DNA from: Stegostoma tigrinum
Taxonomy: Eukaryota
Length of the DNA: 64,000 bases
Direction of reading: 5' to 3'
Assembly (NCBI RefSeq): GCF_030684315.1
Contig: NC_081390.1
Coordinates: 12,958,001 to 13,022,000, forward strand
Position 1 is the stretch's first letter. Every line of letters begins with the position of its first letter. Shown in pieces: positions 1 to 13,497 of this stretch. The translations under genes were made by a program, and so were the position numbers. Under the pieces are notes generated by a model that was given only the letters and a program-made list of their open reading frames with translations, searched no databases and was not told the origin of the DNA.

Positions 1-2259
1 CACAGATAGAAGTAAAAGGATCTCTTCATCACTCCAGAGACACGGTTTCAGAATGAGCACAGCTTAGTGTTAAATATTCCAGGAAACTTGGTTTTTTTGA
101 GCACAGATTGGTAAAAATGGCAAAGTACGAACGACGGTAGCCTAATAAAGGATAAGATAATCTTGGCTTTGTAAAATAAAATGTAGAATTGATTTTGAGG
201 TGGGGCTGAGAGAATAACAGCCAGAAAGCACTAGTGGAAGTAGTCCAAAGGACTCTGCCAACAGTCATAATGACAAGGAGGAGTATAAATTGGAAAATTA
301 AGATGCATATATCATACATAACACTGTACAGGAATCACGGACATCTTTAAACTTCATACAGGTTAGGCAAACCAAATCTGCAGTCACAACACAGTGGACA
401 AATCAAAGAATGCATCCAAAATAATTTCCTAGATCAATATGGTAGGAAACAACTAGACGGCAAGTTACTTAGATCTCAACCTGTGAAAGAGTTAATTACA
501 TGAATCATCTGTTAGTAAAGAAGTCTCTTAATGGATGGAAGTTTACTTTGTAATGAACCCAGCTGATGTTACTACTGGATAAGACAAATCTCAGAATGAA
601 AACAGAGATTTCATAGAACATATTTTTAATTTAATGTGGCAGTCTTTTACTGAAACATAACCACACATAACTAAAGACTTGTATTCAGCAATAAAATAGA
701 AGATTATTGTGCAAAATAAACAACAAAAATATAACCTGAAGTATCAAAATATGATACACTTTGAAAGATTCTGAAGCACACAGCAAAACATAATCCTATC
801 TAATCCCCAACATCATCACTTTCTAATTACTCAGAAACAAGAATCATTTCTTCTCCATCAAATCTGTAGGATATAACTGCCTCTTCTCAGTTCTAGTCCT
901 GTGAGCCAAGAGGCCCTTTCCCTCGACTACTGACAGAGATTTTGACTTTCTCAGTCTTTTTACAGTCTGCAGAGATCTAAGCAAATAGCCTTGTCATGGA
1001 AGTTTCACAAACTTCATCCTTTCACTGAAGTAAATTATTTAATTAATTGTTCTGAAAAATCTCCTTTTCCAGGACAGGCTATACTTGCATTAGAGATTTT
1101 TTAAAATTCTCTCTTGGGATGTAGGTATCACTGGCTGAACCAGCATTTATTGCCCATCCCCAAATGCCCTGCAGAAGATGGTGGTCAGGTGTCTCCTTGA
1201 TTAGCTGTAGTTCATTTTCTGCAGATACCTCTGCAATGTTGTTGGGGAGGGAAATCCAGCATTTCAACCAACGACTTTGAAAGAATGGTGATATAGTTCC
1301 AAGTCAGAATGGCGACCAGCTTGGAAATGCAGGTGATGATGTTCCAAAATGTCTGCTGCCCTTGCCCTTCTGGATGGCAGTGGTTGTGGGTTTGGAAGGT
1401 GCAGTTGAAGGAGCTTTGATGAATTGCTGCTGTGCATCCTGTAGATGGTATTCTCTGTTGCTACTCAGCATTGGTCATAAAAGGAGTGAGTGCTTGTGAC
1501 TGTGGTGCCAAGGGCGTTGCTTTGACCTGGATGGCATCAAGTTGCAGCTGTACCCATCCAGATAGATAGGAAACATTCCATTATAGTCTTGACTTATGCC
1601 TGGTGGAGGATTTCCCGATTTCATTGCATTAAAATTGCAGCATCTACTGCAGTGGGATTTGAACCTGGGTTCCTAGAATATTACCTGAAACATTCTAGGA
1701 AACCTGGAGGTGCCACGTGCACTAACTGCAGTCACATGTGGACCTCAGAGGTCTGAACAACACAAAGGAAATTTGAGGAAATGTTGAGCATTTGGAGACC
1801 TTGTCCAATACCACTTTGCTATTTACCTCTATTGTGAGGTCTCAGTCAGGCCCCCTTGAATTATCCAAAAGTTTTTGAACTATTTCTTTAAAACTTGCTC
1901 ATTCTTGCATCTGCCAAAGTTTTAATATTTTCTCTCTCCAGTCAAAACTCCCACAGTACAAAAAAAAATCTGACATTAGAAACAAACTTTCTTTAACACT
2001 CCAGGAGTCATGTATTTGTTTGAAGTCACAGTTCCAGAAAGACTGACCTGGTTAAACTTTAACCCCCCCCCCTCAGAAAAACAGACCGACTCTCATATGC
2101 TACTAGTTTGAAATCTAAACTATTATGAAATTCTTATATAAATCACACACCTTTCATTACAATTTCAAGACAGAGATAGATTTAGTTAAACTTAAGGCTA
2201 AGGTCTTAAATCAGAAAAACAAACCATGTAGGTACAAAGGACAAGTCAGCCACAGCAGC

Positions 2260-3270
2260 TGAGAAACTAGTCTTAAAGATAGGATGGCTGGTAAACAATT
2301 AAATAAATAATTCCATATTCATAATGAACCTACACAATAAAAGAATAAAATCCCTTCAGTGAAAAACTAGTCCAACTATGGCCAAGAGAATATAAGATTG
2401 CATCATCGTAAGGAAAAGCATTGTAAATTTGCCAGAAAAGCAGTAAACTTAAGGATTTAAGAGAATTCCAGAATTCAGTGATAAATTGATAGAAAAAAAG
2501 AAATAAATGCGAGCAAACTAGCAACAGACATAAAGAAAATTGTGATAGCTTGTGTAAGTAAAAAGAACAGATCAGCAAAGTAACCATGTGGCCCTGACCA
2601 GAAAAGGAAGGATTATTCAGAAAAGGAATAAAGAAATGACAGAGACCTTAGGCATATACTTTGCATGCATCTTCACAGTAAAAAGTCCAAATAGGATACT
2701 GCCACTGATTCTCCTCTATCTGTCCTCTAGTTACGAGCTCAGAAACTTCAAGCTGATCTGTCAGATACCATTTCAACATTTCTGAAATAGTGCAGAACCA
2801 ATGCTCAAGTAAGAATGAGGTACTGAAAGAATTAATATTAGAACAAAATTAGTACTGGAGAACTTAATTGGACCAAAAAAGAACAAATTCATTGGACATA
2901 CATGCTACAGTTTTAAAAGAAATGGCTACAGCAAGTCGGTGCAGTGGCCTTGATCTTTGAGAATTCACTGGATTTTATAACAGATCCATAGACTGGAAGG
3001 TAGCAAGCCTAAGAACAAAGGGAAGAGAGAAAACAGCAAATTATAGGCCAGTTAGTTTGACACAAGTAATAGCAAAATATGGTTGGTATAATGGATAAAC
3101 AATGCACTCAAAAAACATAAATCTGCTACAGCCTACATGGATTTACTACAAGAAAATCATGCTTGAAGAATCTGAGTGATGCTTTGAAGTTGTAATTAGC
3201 AGAGTGGACAGAGGAGAACCTATGTAATTGGATTGTTAGAAAAAAAAAGTGTTCTAAAAGATACCAAACA
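2260..3270 (+). mobile_element. Old, decayed CR1 fragments (further pieces ~5050-5670, 6470-7190, and 7540-7950 on minus)
   Basis: Residual CR1 ORF2 phrases (EMTETLGIYFACIFTV; ..gactggaaggtagcaa..aattataggccagttagtttgac); ORF1-like HTCRKC near 5150. Confidence 0.65.
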
Positions 3271-4732
3271 ACAATTTGTACTTATATAGTACATTCAATA
3301 ATAGTCCAACATCCCAGTGTGTTTCACTGGAGTGTAAGAGTCATTTGATACAGACTCATATACTCCTGTTATAAGCTGCATCCCACCACAGCTTGACATG
3401 GAATTCAGTATAATCATAGCACTGGCCAGTGCATTCAAGGCATTGTTAAAACTTTTGGCAACAAATTTCACTATCAACAAGATTTAGCAATCTAGTCCAA
3501 AGTCCCTGGAAGAGTCTCCTAAACTCGTAAAAGTTGACTTCCATTTTCAAAAAAATGTAATTGAACAGAGGCAAGTAGTAACAATCTTTCTATTCCATAC
3601 ATCTAACTGTACTTGTGAAATTTCTCGACACCTCTTGGCTAGTTATTAAAAAAAATCTATAACATAACCTAGTCTGTGAAGTAGCTCACATCAGGAAAGT
3701 CTATCAAACTGTTTGGAGGATCCATCCATTCTCTCTTTGCCTTAGACTGGCTCAAATTAGTGCAATCTGTGGCCAATGGTATGACAAAGTTTTATTAACA
3801 GGCTACATTAATTCTAAGTAGTCACGCACAGCAGGAGAGACCACACTGTCTGTGAGCCCTCACACACTACATACCTCGGGAGTATGCCTTTACATACTCA
3901 ATATCTGAGTCACTGAGTAAGCCCAGCAATAAAAAAAAAACTCAGCATACTTTGACTTCTAAGAATTCCTAGTCTGAGAAATGACTAAGTTAAAAATGTA
4001 GTTACCACACTGATTTACTAACAGATTGTTGATTGCAATTAGTAAAGTACACACGAGCAAATGATAACCAGGTACACAGAATTTAGCTCCTGCATCTTAG
4101 AATACAGGTATAAAGAATAACTGCACTAACTGCAGTAAAATGGTTATGTAAAACTAAACCCTTACCATTTTTTTATTTAAGAGAGAGGATCTTGTTGACT
4201 TTTGCTTTGTCTTTCTGTTAGCTCTGGAGCAACAGTCGAATTGGATCAAACCAATTTCAATCATACTTTCCAATTACTTTGCAGCTCACCAAGCAAACAT
4301 TAAGTATTTCCAAAGTTTCCCTCATATCCACAAGTCAATAGGTAATATCCTGAATTGCTTGAAAAATGCCTCCAAGGTGTGAACTAAGGTCAAATGGCTT
4401 CTTCCTGTGCAATTTCTACTGAACAGCAGGACTGTTATTTAACTGCACCAGATCTTTGGAACTAATATGAAATAAATCCTCAATTTTCGTACTTTCGTGC
4501 CCTATAATTCTGTACTGCAGCTTGCACAAGGTACATCTGCATTTTAATTTATAACAATCTATTTTTATTTATAAATAATATATTTTTCCAAGAGTAACAG
4601 TTGAAATCTACTACTACAGAGGCTAAGCAGTCTAAGGCAGTGGATTCACGGTCCAGTGTTTGCAGGCATGGGTTTGAATGCCAACATTGCTAATTTTGCT
4701 GGTATACTGACATTTGCAAGCGTTGTTATCTT

Positions 4733-4778
4733 TCAGGGTAAGCTGCACCATCAGGGTAAGCTGCACCGTCAGGGTAAG
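4733..4778 (+). repeat. 18-bp minisatellite, 2.5 copies
   Basis: TCAGGGTAAGCTGCACC(A/G) x2 + TCAGGGTAAG. Confidence 0.9.
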
Positions 4779-6112
4779 GGAGACTAAGGCAGATCTCCAG
4801 AGCGTGAGGGGAGCAACAAGGGAAATGAAGTATGGATCAACAGACTTACTTGTACTGAGATCAATGGTGATGCATTTCACGACTGCAGAGAAAGCAACAG
4901 ATTGGTGAGAATTAGTCAATACTTCCCATATTTTAAGTAAAAGTTGGATATTTAGGGTATCTAAGTTTGTAGACCATTTTTTCCCCTCTCTTTTTCAGAG
5001 AAATATCTTTTCATAATAAGTCTGTATTTACTCAAAAGGTAACCATTAACTTTGGAAGAGTTGTAAGATGGCAGGTCATAAGAGCCAAGTGGAGTGCACA
5101 TCCTACGGTATGTATAAAGCCATCAAAATACCATGCACCCCTGATAAACACACCTGCAGAAAGTGTCACCAGCCACACAAGCATAAGCTCCAGTTTTCAG
5201 AACCTGAGCAGTGACTGGAGTCACTGTTGTACATCACAAGGAAGACGGCTACACAGGGAGGGAACAGTTCGCACCACAGGTTCGAAGCTCACAGGCTGAG
5301 ATGAATAGGGTAAATATCCACTTTGGTAGGAGAAACAGATGTGTAGAGTAATTCTTAAAGGGTAAGAGGTTGAAAAGTACAGATGTACAATGGGGGTCCT
5401 TGTTAATGAGTCACTGAAAGCCATTAGAAATACATAATGGGGATACAATTTTAAAATAAAGGGAATGCCACTTGGTCCAACTCAGTTGCAAACCTTTGGA
5501 GTTCTCTACCACTGTGTTGAGTATGTGTAAAGTAGAGATGGATAGCTTTCTGATTACCAGTGGCGTACAAAGTTATGGGAACTGAGTAAGGTATCAACGT
5601 TTTTGGCCTGCCATATTGTACTGAATAGCAAGAAAAGCTCAATGAGCTACCCCGATTCTATATTCCTAAATCAAGATACTGAAGCATAAAAACCAATTTG
5701 AAGAAACATGAATTTTAGTTTTAAGAGGCACACGGGATAAAAATACACTGTAGCTAATGATGAATCAGTTCCCATTCAAGGTTATATTCCTAATAATGCA
5801 ATCAATTTCCCTAGCCCTCCACCCCATTGTCATTCGTCCGCATCACGTGACTAAAAATCCCCCAGAATCTTATTTATATTCTTCATAAGTTCCTATTTTC
5901 TGAATGTGAAAATTGAAAGAAATTGAAACAAGCATTAAGTTAATTAACTAAAAGCAAAATACTGCAGATGCTACATACCTGAAACAAACACAGCGCTTGA
6001 GAAAGCAGGTTAAGAGTCATCATACCAGACTTAAAACATTAACTTTTACTCTCTCCAGAGATGCTGCCAAACCTGTTGAGTTTCCCCTTGCATACTCTCT
6101 CCCAGTTTATTA

Positions 6113-6430
6113 TAGAATTTCTAAAGTACAGAAGGTGGCATTTGGCCCAGTGATTCCACATTAACCCTCCAAACAGCATCCCACTCAGAGCAACACCCCT
6201 GCTCTATGACTGCAAGCCTGCATTTCTCGTGGCTAATCCACCAAGCCTGCACATCCCTGGACACTATGGACAGTTCAGCATTGCCAATCAACCTAACCTG
6301 CACATCTCTGGACTAAGAGGAAACCCACACAGACACAGGGAAAATGTGCAAACTCCAAACAGACAGTTGCCTGAGGGTGGAATCAAACCCAGGTCCCTGG
6401 TCATGAGGCAGCAGCACTAGCCACTGTGTA
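6113..6430 (-). mobile_element. HE1-type SINE
   Basis: Reverse-complement match to 32760-33061. Confidence 0.8.
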
Positions 6431-9400
6431 ACCCAAAGTTTATTTAACTATTTGTAGCAGACAGCAATTTCACATAAGTATGACTGGGAAGGCTACAAAC
6501 AGCACAGCAAAGTTCATTAGACTGATTCACGGAGTAACAGGGTTGGTCCAATGGTGGAAGATTGAGTAAATAGATCTATGTTTTCCGAAGTTAGAAGGAT
6601 TTAAAGCTCAAAAATACAAGAGTCTCGACAGGGCAAGAATCAAGGATACTGAAAGGTTATTCCCTGTATTTGGAAAGGGTGACACAAAATCAGGATAAGA
6701 GACTGAGATACAGAATTTTTGTAATTCCTAGTCCAGGGACTTGTTGATGCCCCGTTGTTACATGGTGTTCAGTTTTGAAGAAGGGTCACTTGATCCGAAA
6801 TTTTAATTCTATTTTCTCTCCATAGATGTTGCCTGATCTGTTGAGTCTTCCAGCAGTTTCTGTTTGTCCTTCAGTCTATTCAGCACAGTTCTGGTCTCCT
6901 TATTTAAAGGAAGAATGCAAGTACTTTTACAGGCAATTCAGAAGAGGCATACTCAATTGATATCTGGAAAGAATGGATTGTCTCCTGAGGAAGGGTTGTA
7001 AAGACTGCTTGTTTCACTGGAGTGTGAAACAGTGAGGATAACTTAATTGAATGAAATAAGATCCAAAACTTTCTTGACAAGGAGACATGGAAGGAGTACT
7101 GTTTAAAAATTAGGGGTCCCTCCTAGTATTGAGATGACAAGAATTTTATTCTGTCAGACGTTTGTGCACTTTGAAACTCACTACCTCAGAAGTTTTCGTT
7201 TCTTTATTCATTGGAGGTGGACATCACTGAGCAGGCAATATTTACTTCCAACCGTAAGTGCCTAGATGGCATTGTTGTGGGTCTGGGTCTGGAGTCACAT
7301 GCAGACCAGACTAGGAAAGGATCACAGATTACAATCTCTAAAAGGACATTAGTGAATCAGATGGGTCTTTCCTGACAATGGTTTCACTGTCATCATCTGA
7401 CTGTTAATCCCAGATTTTTATTGAATTCAAATTCCACCATCTGCGATTGGTGGGATTTGAATGTTGGTCCCCAGGATATTACCTGAAACTCCAAATTAAC
7501 AGTCCAATGATAATACTACCAGGCCATCCCCTCTCCTTGGGAGCCATACAGCACGAAAACAGAACCTTTAGTCCAAACAGTCCATGCCAAACATAATCTC
7601 AAATTAGACTAGCCCAACCTGCCTACTCCTGGCCCATTTTCTTCCAATCTTTCCTATACGTGTACTCACCCAAATGTCTTTTAAATATTGTAAGTGTATC
7701 CACATCTACCACATCCTCAGGAAGTTCGTTCCTCATGCAAACCACCCTCTAAAAATTTGCGCCCCAATGTCCTTTTTAAATATTTCTCCTTTCAGTTTAA
7801 AAATAAACCCTGTTTTGAAACCCATCATCCTAGGGAAAAGACAACTACTATTGATGCTATCTATACCCGTCATTATTTTAAAAACTTCTATATGGTCACA
7901 TCTCAACCTCCTACACTTCAGTGAAAAAGGTCCTGGCCTATCCAACCTTTCATTCGCGAGATGTGGGCATCGCTGGCTAGGCCAACATTTATTGCTCATT
8001 TCCAATTACCCAGAGAGCAGATAAGAATCAACAGCATTTCTGTGCACCTGGAGCTAGACCCGATGAGAATGGCAGTTTTCTCCCCTAAAGGATAATAATT
8101 AACGAGATGGGTTTTTCTGACAACCAACATTGTTTCATGTTATAATTAGATCCTTAATTACGGATTTTCTTTTGCTGAAATCCCAACTTGTGTCTATCTT
8201 TACAACATGCTCAAAAGATTCATTTATGTGGATTAAACCCCCTTAGGCAGATAGTACATGGAGTTGTGCAGTCTTCTTAACAAGTGGGCAGGACTATTCT
8301 GTCAGTTGATATTCCTCTTTCTTAGTATTAAGGATCTCACCTTCCTAGTGTTTGGGCCTGCACAGCAACTTTGCTAAGTTGGAGTCAGTCAGGTGTTTGG
8401 AAATTTTTACATGTTACAGGTCAATCTTTATGGATGTTGTGATGTCAAATTTCCGGTGAACTCTATGCAGTGAGACACTGTTGACAGCCAGAGGTCCAAC
8501 TGTAAGCAACAGGCCATGATCAAGATGATTCAGGAAAATCACACACTTAACAACCGTGGTGAGCAGTAAGCATGATAAGCATACAGGTGACAGATGCATA
8601 GAGATCCCTTTTGTGCTGGCTGAAAGGTTTGTTACCATGGATACTCCTTTGCGAAGGACATCTTCAGTGGGGTAATAGCATAGCATTTTGCAGATTCTGA
8701 TGACATGGGAACCACTATTTTTGTCTCCTCCAATGAGCCTGATCATTGAAAAGGGGGTATTCTCCTTCAATTTCTTCTCAATCTTTGACTCAAGTGGTCT
8801 GTATTTTCACTTGTATATGGCTCTCCTAATATACGTGGCAGAGGCCCTGAGCCAGCACAGGGTTGTGGCTACCTTGGTGACGTGGTATCTTTTGTTCCTT
8901 TGTATCTTCCACCATCAATTCCTTCTCTCCTGCTGTCTGCCACCGAATTCAAATTCTACCATCTCCCATGGCAGGATTCAAACCCGGGTTCCCAGAACAT
9001 TCCCTGGGTCTTAAGTGTCGAAGGCAGGGTCATTGAATATTTTCAAAACTGAAGATCTAATCTTGTTAAGTAAGTGAATCGAAGGTTATCTGGGGGTAGA
9101 CAGGCTTATGGAATCCTAAATGCAAACAGATCAGCCATAATTTTCAGATTATTACGATGGCAGGCACAAGGGACCAAATAACCTACTTCTGCATCTACCT
9201 TCTTTATTTGGAAACATATGTAACACTAGATAGAAGGATGTATCGTCTCTTAGGCAATCAAGAAATTGAGAGTGGACAAAAGGCTGGAGTTGTAGCTGAA
9301 GAGCAGCTTTAATCATATAGAAGACCAAACAGGCAGATTATCTTCTCTTGCTTCTGTTATTTCTTGTATAATACTATATATTCAGAATCAAACCCCAAAT

Positions 9401-11652
9401 CTGCACTAAGTTCTTTCCCCTTTTCTGATTTCACTGTTTCCAGTTCCTACTGTCCAATTTAATTATTCCTACGGAGCTGCCACTGATTGACAAATTACAG
9501 ACAAAGAGGACATTACAATAAGAGACAGAAAATGCAGTTAATGGTAATGTTGCTTCTATACTAACAAGTGTCATATTACAGATTTATCTTGTTCAAGTGC
9601 ATGTTTTGCAAGAAATTTAGAAGCTCAGAATATTAGGCAGGATCAGCTGTATTTTAGAATAGCCCATGAATGGGAAGAAATTTTGTCACATTTATTCACA
9701 AAGATTAGGGAAGCAGGAGGGAATTGAGTGTTTTCTTAAATGATGTGTCACATCTATAGGCAGCCAACTGGTTCAATTTCAATATGACACGACCTTACTT
9801 GCTCCAGAGTCAACTGACAAAGGATGCTCAGTGCAAACCTCAAGCAGCTACTTACATTGATTCACTGCTTTCCAACTTCTGGAAATACTTTTCAAATTAT
9901 TATTTTTCAAAGCAGTAAAATTTCTTAACAACATTTTCATAACACTGGTCAGCATACGTGGAAACAGCCACATTTGGTTTTGGCCAATCTATTCCTGTAC
10001 ACCACATTAAAGGACGACGATGAAAGATCTAAGATAATGGGAACTGTAGATGCTGGAGAATCCGAGATAACAAAGTGTGAAGCTGGATGAACACAGCATC
10101 TCAGGAGCACAAAAGCTGACGTTTTGGGCCTAGACCCTTCTGTCTGTCTGTCATTTACAAATCACAAGTCTTAAGTCATGATCATGAGTCAGAATAAGGA
10201 AGCTGATGACGAGGCTTCTTGAGGAATGAAACACACCATTACTTAACATTGATCAAAATGTTGGCCCTCAGTAACTATGAACCCTGGCCAATTTGCTGAG
10301 AAAATGGCATTACGATGCCAGTTCTCTCAGTTTGCCATAACTCTACTGTTGAATCTTTTTTCCAATGATGGACTGTTCACACAAATGTATAGAAGCAATT
10401 CGAAATAGGATGATTAACTATGTCACAGCCTATGGAGCATTCAAATTTTTTTTTAATCATTGTAGGTGACTGAAACATATACTTCTGAGCATCATGGCCC
10501 ATAAAATTTCCTGGCTTAAATTTGCAATTTTTGAGAATTTGAGTTAACTTTCCCAGTGGTCTATTCCGATTTCCCCCTAACTGCAGGTCATTTTCTGATT
10601 TCAGATTGTGTGTTATTCTGGCAGCTGTGACTGCCTGAAGTGGGGTACAGATTGGAGGTCTCCAACAGTCTCACAATATAACACTATTAAAAGCCTCAGC
10701 ACAATGTGCTGCATAATTCAAAGGGGCTGAATGAATACATGGACAGGGACCTGTCGTGAGATATTGTGTTGCCTACATTCCACGATTAGTCAGATGGACT
10801 GCACTTATCTTGTTTATTTTGATGTAAACTATAAACCGTACCAGAACCCTTCAAGCAGACCATGTGGTTAGGCCCAGGGAAAAAAAATGAAGAACATTAA
10901 AAAAAATCTGGTTTTGACTACATGAGAGTTTGGCCACTTAATGTTTCAATAGTCTGTCAGAATATGAATTTTAAGGCAATTCATGCTCAGATGTATGAAA
11001 TGTTAGTCTTAGAAAAGGTTTCACTGCAACAAAGTGAAGTCTAACACTGAAAAATGTTAACTTGCTAGCGTTACAAAACTCCATATGATTTCATTTTCAG
11101 AAGTACGTCTGCTAATGACTCTGCCCAGCCAACCCAAATCAAAACCCAAACTTGCCAAACACTAATTTGCGTCTATCAACATCAAGAAGGATCCGATCTA
11201 GGCTACTGCACTGTAACAGTAGCAAAGCTACCATTTCCATTTCATACAATGGAAAATTCGTCAGCTTATATGAGAGAAAGAGAAATGAATCAATTCACAT
11301 CCAGAAATTCATCTACTCGCTGGAGCCAGATCAAATGGGAACAGATCCTACAACTTGTTTCCTCATTGGTGCAGTATTGTATCTATGCTAGGGTTCACCG
11401 ATCCTCAGCCAGATATGTTAAGCAGAATAAACTGGCCTGATTTCGCACAGAACATAAGGTGGGGATTTTATCTGGTAAAGGTTTGTCAGTAAACAGAGTG
11501 TCGCTCAGGCATTCGGGGGATCAGTACAACCAGCGCTCGAGCTCTGGCTCTGGGTCTGGGTCTGGCTGCAGCCCTGAAGACCCTCACAACTGGGCCTTGA
11601 CAACAGTCCCGCTAACACGAACTTAAAACACCCTTAAGTAGCTGTTACTTAC

Positions 11653-11800
11653 CGGCACAGACCCGCTCCGTAACAGGAGCAGATACTGCTTCTTCTTTTA
11701 ACACCGGAGCCCGACCCCCATGTCAGATGAACACGCAAGAAAAACTCCACCTCATCGTCGCCTTCCCACACGCACAACATATCACTGCGTCCCCCGTAGC
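11653..11800 (-). other. Candidate non-coding first exon of the minus-strand neighbouring gene (5' boundary uncertain)
   Basis: Consensus donor GTAAGT on the minus strand (plus-strand acttaccgg at 11647-11655) at the edge of the CpG island; 1-11652 shows no convincing coding exon, consistent with a long first intron. Confidence 0.45.
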
Positions 11801-11995
11801 CCCGCACAACTCGGATAGTGAGCCCCAGGTACAGCGCCACCTGCCGTTCCGGAGGGCCAGAAATACTGCACAACCCCCAGTGTGAACCCCAAGTACAGCG
11901 CCACCTGCAGAACCGGAGGGATAACAAGTCTCGCACGCTCGGAGGGTAAACTCCAGACACAGCGCCACCTGCAGAAGCGGAGGGACAACAAGCTC
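11800..11995 (-). promoter_or_regulatory. Three-unit 64-bp tandem repeat, each unit containing a CTCF-like motif (GCAGGTGGCGCTGT on minus) overlapping an E-box CACCTG
   Basis: ACAGCGCCACCTGC occurs at 11831, 11895 and 11959 (spacing 64, 64), each followed by CGGAGGG. The reverse complement fits the CTCF core CCASYAGRKGGCRS with 1-2 mismatches. Confidence 0.65.
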
Positions 11996-12339
11996 TGAGG
12001 GAGCTGCAAGTGCAGTAGGACGGCACAGTGACCAAGATTAGCCAATGATCAGGAGTTTGATTACAAAGTTTTGTTTCCTCGTGTACTTTGCACTAACCGC
12101 AGGACCAGAGGAGAATCAGTGATATGGTGAACAGGTGGAGCGATTGAATGACAAAGGAGTTAGTTTTATAGGACCAAAGCGAAAAGTGATGTAAAAAGAA
12201 AATAGAGACCAATGATTAGCAAGAAAATGATCTTTGGTCTTCTTCGAATGTGTTATGAGACCACTTAACGTCCAGCCACCTGAGAAAGCAAATATACTCT
12301 CAGTTTCAGGTTTTTTTATGAAGGAGCCCTTAAGTACCA

Positions 12340-13497
12340 CTTGAACTTTGACAGGGTGCCGCACAGGAGTCTGCTGAGTAAGATAAAGGTTCTTGGTGTT
12401 AGAGGTAAGGTGCTAGCGTAGATAGAAGATTGACTGTCTTGCAGAAAGCAGAGTGGGGTTAAAAGAGTCTTTCTCAGGATAACGACAGGTGATAGGTGAT
12501 GTTCCACAAGCTTCAGTGTTGGGACCACAACTTTTCACTCATTGATGATCTGGATGAAAAAACTGAGGGCATTCTGGCTAAGTTTGCAGATGATACAAAG
12601 TTAGTTAAAGGGACAGGTATTATTGAGGATGCCAGGAAACTGCAGAAGGATTTGGACAGGTTAGGAGACTAGGCAAAGAAGTGGCAGATGAGTACAACAT
12701 GGGAAAATGTGAGGTAAGAAGAATAGAGGAATGGATTATTTTCTAAATAGGGAGAAAATTTAGAAGTCTGAAGTGCAAAGAGACTTGAGAGTTCTAGTCC
12801 AGGATTCTGTCAAGATAAACTTGCATGTTGAGTCAGTATTTCAGAAGGCAAGTGAAACTTTTGCATTTATTTTGAGAGGGCTTGAATATGAAAGTAGTGA
12901 TGTAAATCTGAGAGAGTGCTTCTGAGGCTCTGCTCAGGCCACATTTAGAGTATTGTGTGCAGTTTTGGGCCCAATATCTCAGGAAAGATGTACTGGCCCT
13001 AGTCTGCGTTCAGATGACATTAACAAGAATGGTCCCAGGAATGATTAGCTTAACATATAAGGAACATTTGAGGACTCTGGGTATATACTCAGTGGAGTTT
13101 AGAAAGATGAGGGGGATCAAATTGAAACTTACAGACTACTGAATGGTCTGGACAGTGTATGTTGGGAAGATGTTTCCATTGTTAGGACAGACTAGGACCC
13201 AAGGGTACAGCCTTAGAGTAAAGGGAAGACCTTTTTAGAATGGAGATAAGGAGAAACTACTTCAGCCAGAGACCGGTGAATTTATGGAACTCACTACCAC
13301 AGAAAGTTGTGGAAGTCAGGTCATGGACTATATTTAAGACAAAGGTAGATAGGTTCTTGATTGTTAAAGGGATTAAGAATTACAGAGAGAATGCGGGAGA
13401 ATGGGGTTCAGAAACTTATCAGCCATGATTGAATGGCAGAGCAGACTCAATGGGCTGAATGGCCTAATTCCTACTCCAATGTCTTATGGTCTTATAG
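12340..13497 (+). mobile_element. CR1-clade LINE 3' fragment
   Basis: AKFADDTK, VQFWAQYLRKD, LWNSLPQKVVE; same family and tail as 37619-40378. Confidence 0.88.

Larger units (their letters stand above)
11500..12060. promoter_or_regulatory. CpG-rich island / probable promoter of a divergently transcribed (minus-strand) gene, probably SAMD8
   Basis: Most clearly CpG-rich stretch in an otherwise CpG-depleted window; CCAAT box at 12042-12046; minus-strand donor CCG|GTAAGT at 11653|11652. SAMD8 lies head-to-head with DUSP13 in human (recalled synteny). No SAMD8 coding sequence is visible, so the identity is inference. Confidence 0.6.

Noticed and set aside
4166-4502. Possible minus-strand exon (ATG|GTAAGG donor at 4166|4165)
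   Set aside because: No sustained ORF, weak acceptor, and no resemblance to a known protein.
8170-8930. 118-aa and 108-aa overlapping ORFs
   Set aside because: Probably decayed TE sequence; no motif could be assigned confidently.
11800-11995. CRISPR-like repeat/spacer appearance
   Set aside because: Vertebrate DNA with no cas genes; the 'spacers' are mutually similar, so this is a diverged tandem repeat.
11649-12045. Overlapping 81-128 aa minus-strand ORFs
   Set aside because: Products of GC-rich tandem repeats; no recognisable domain.
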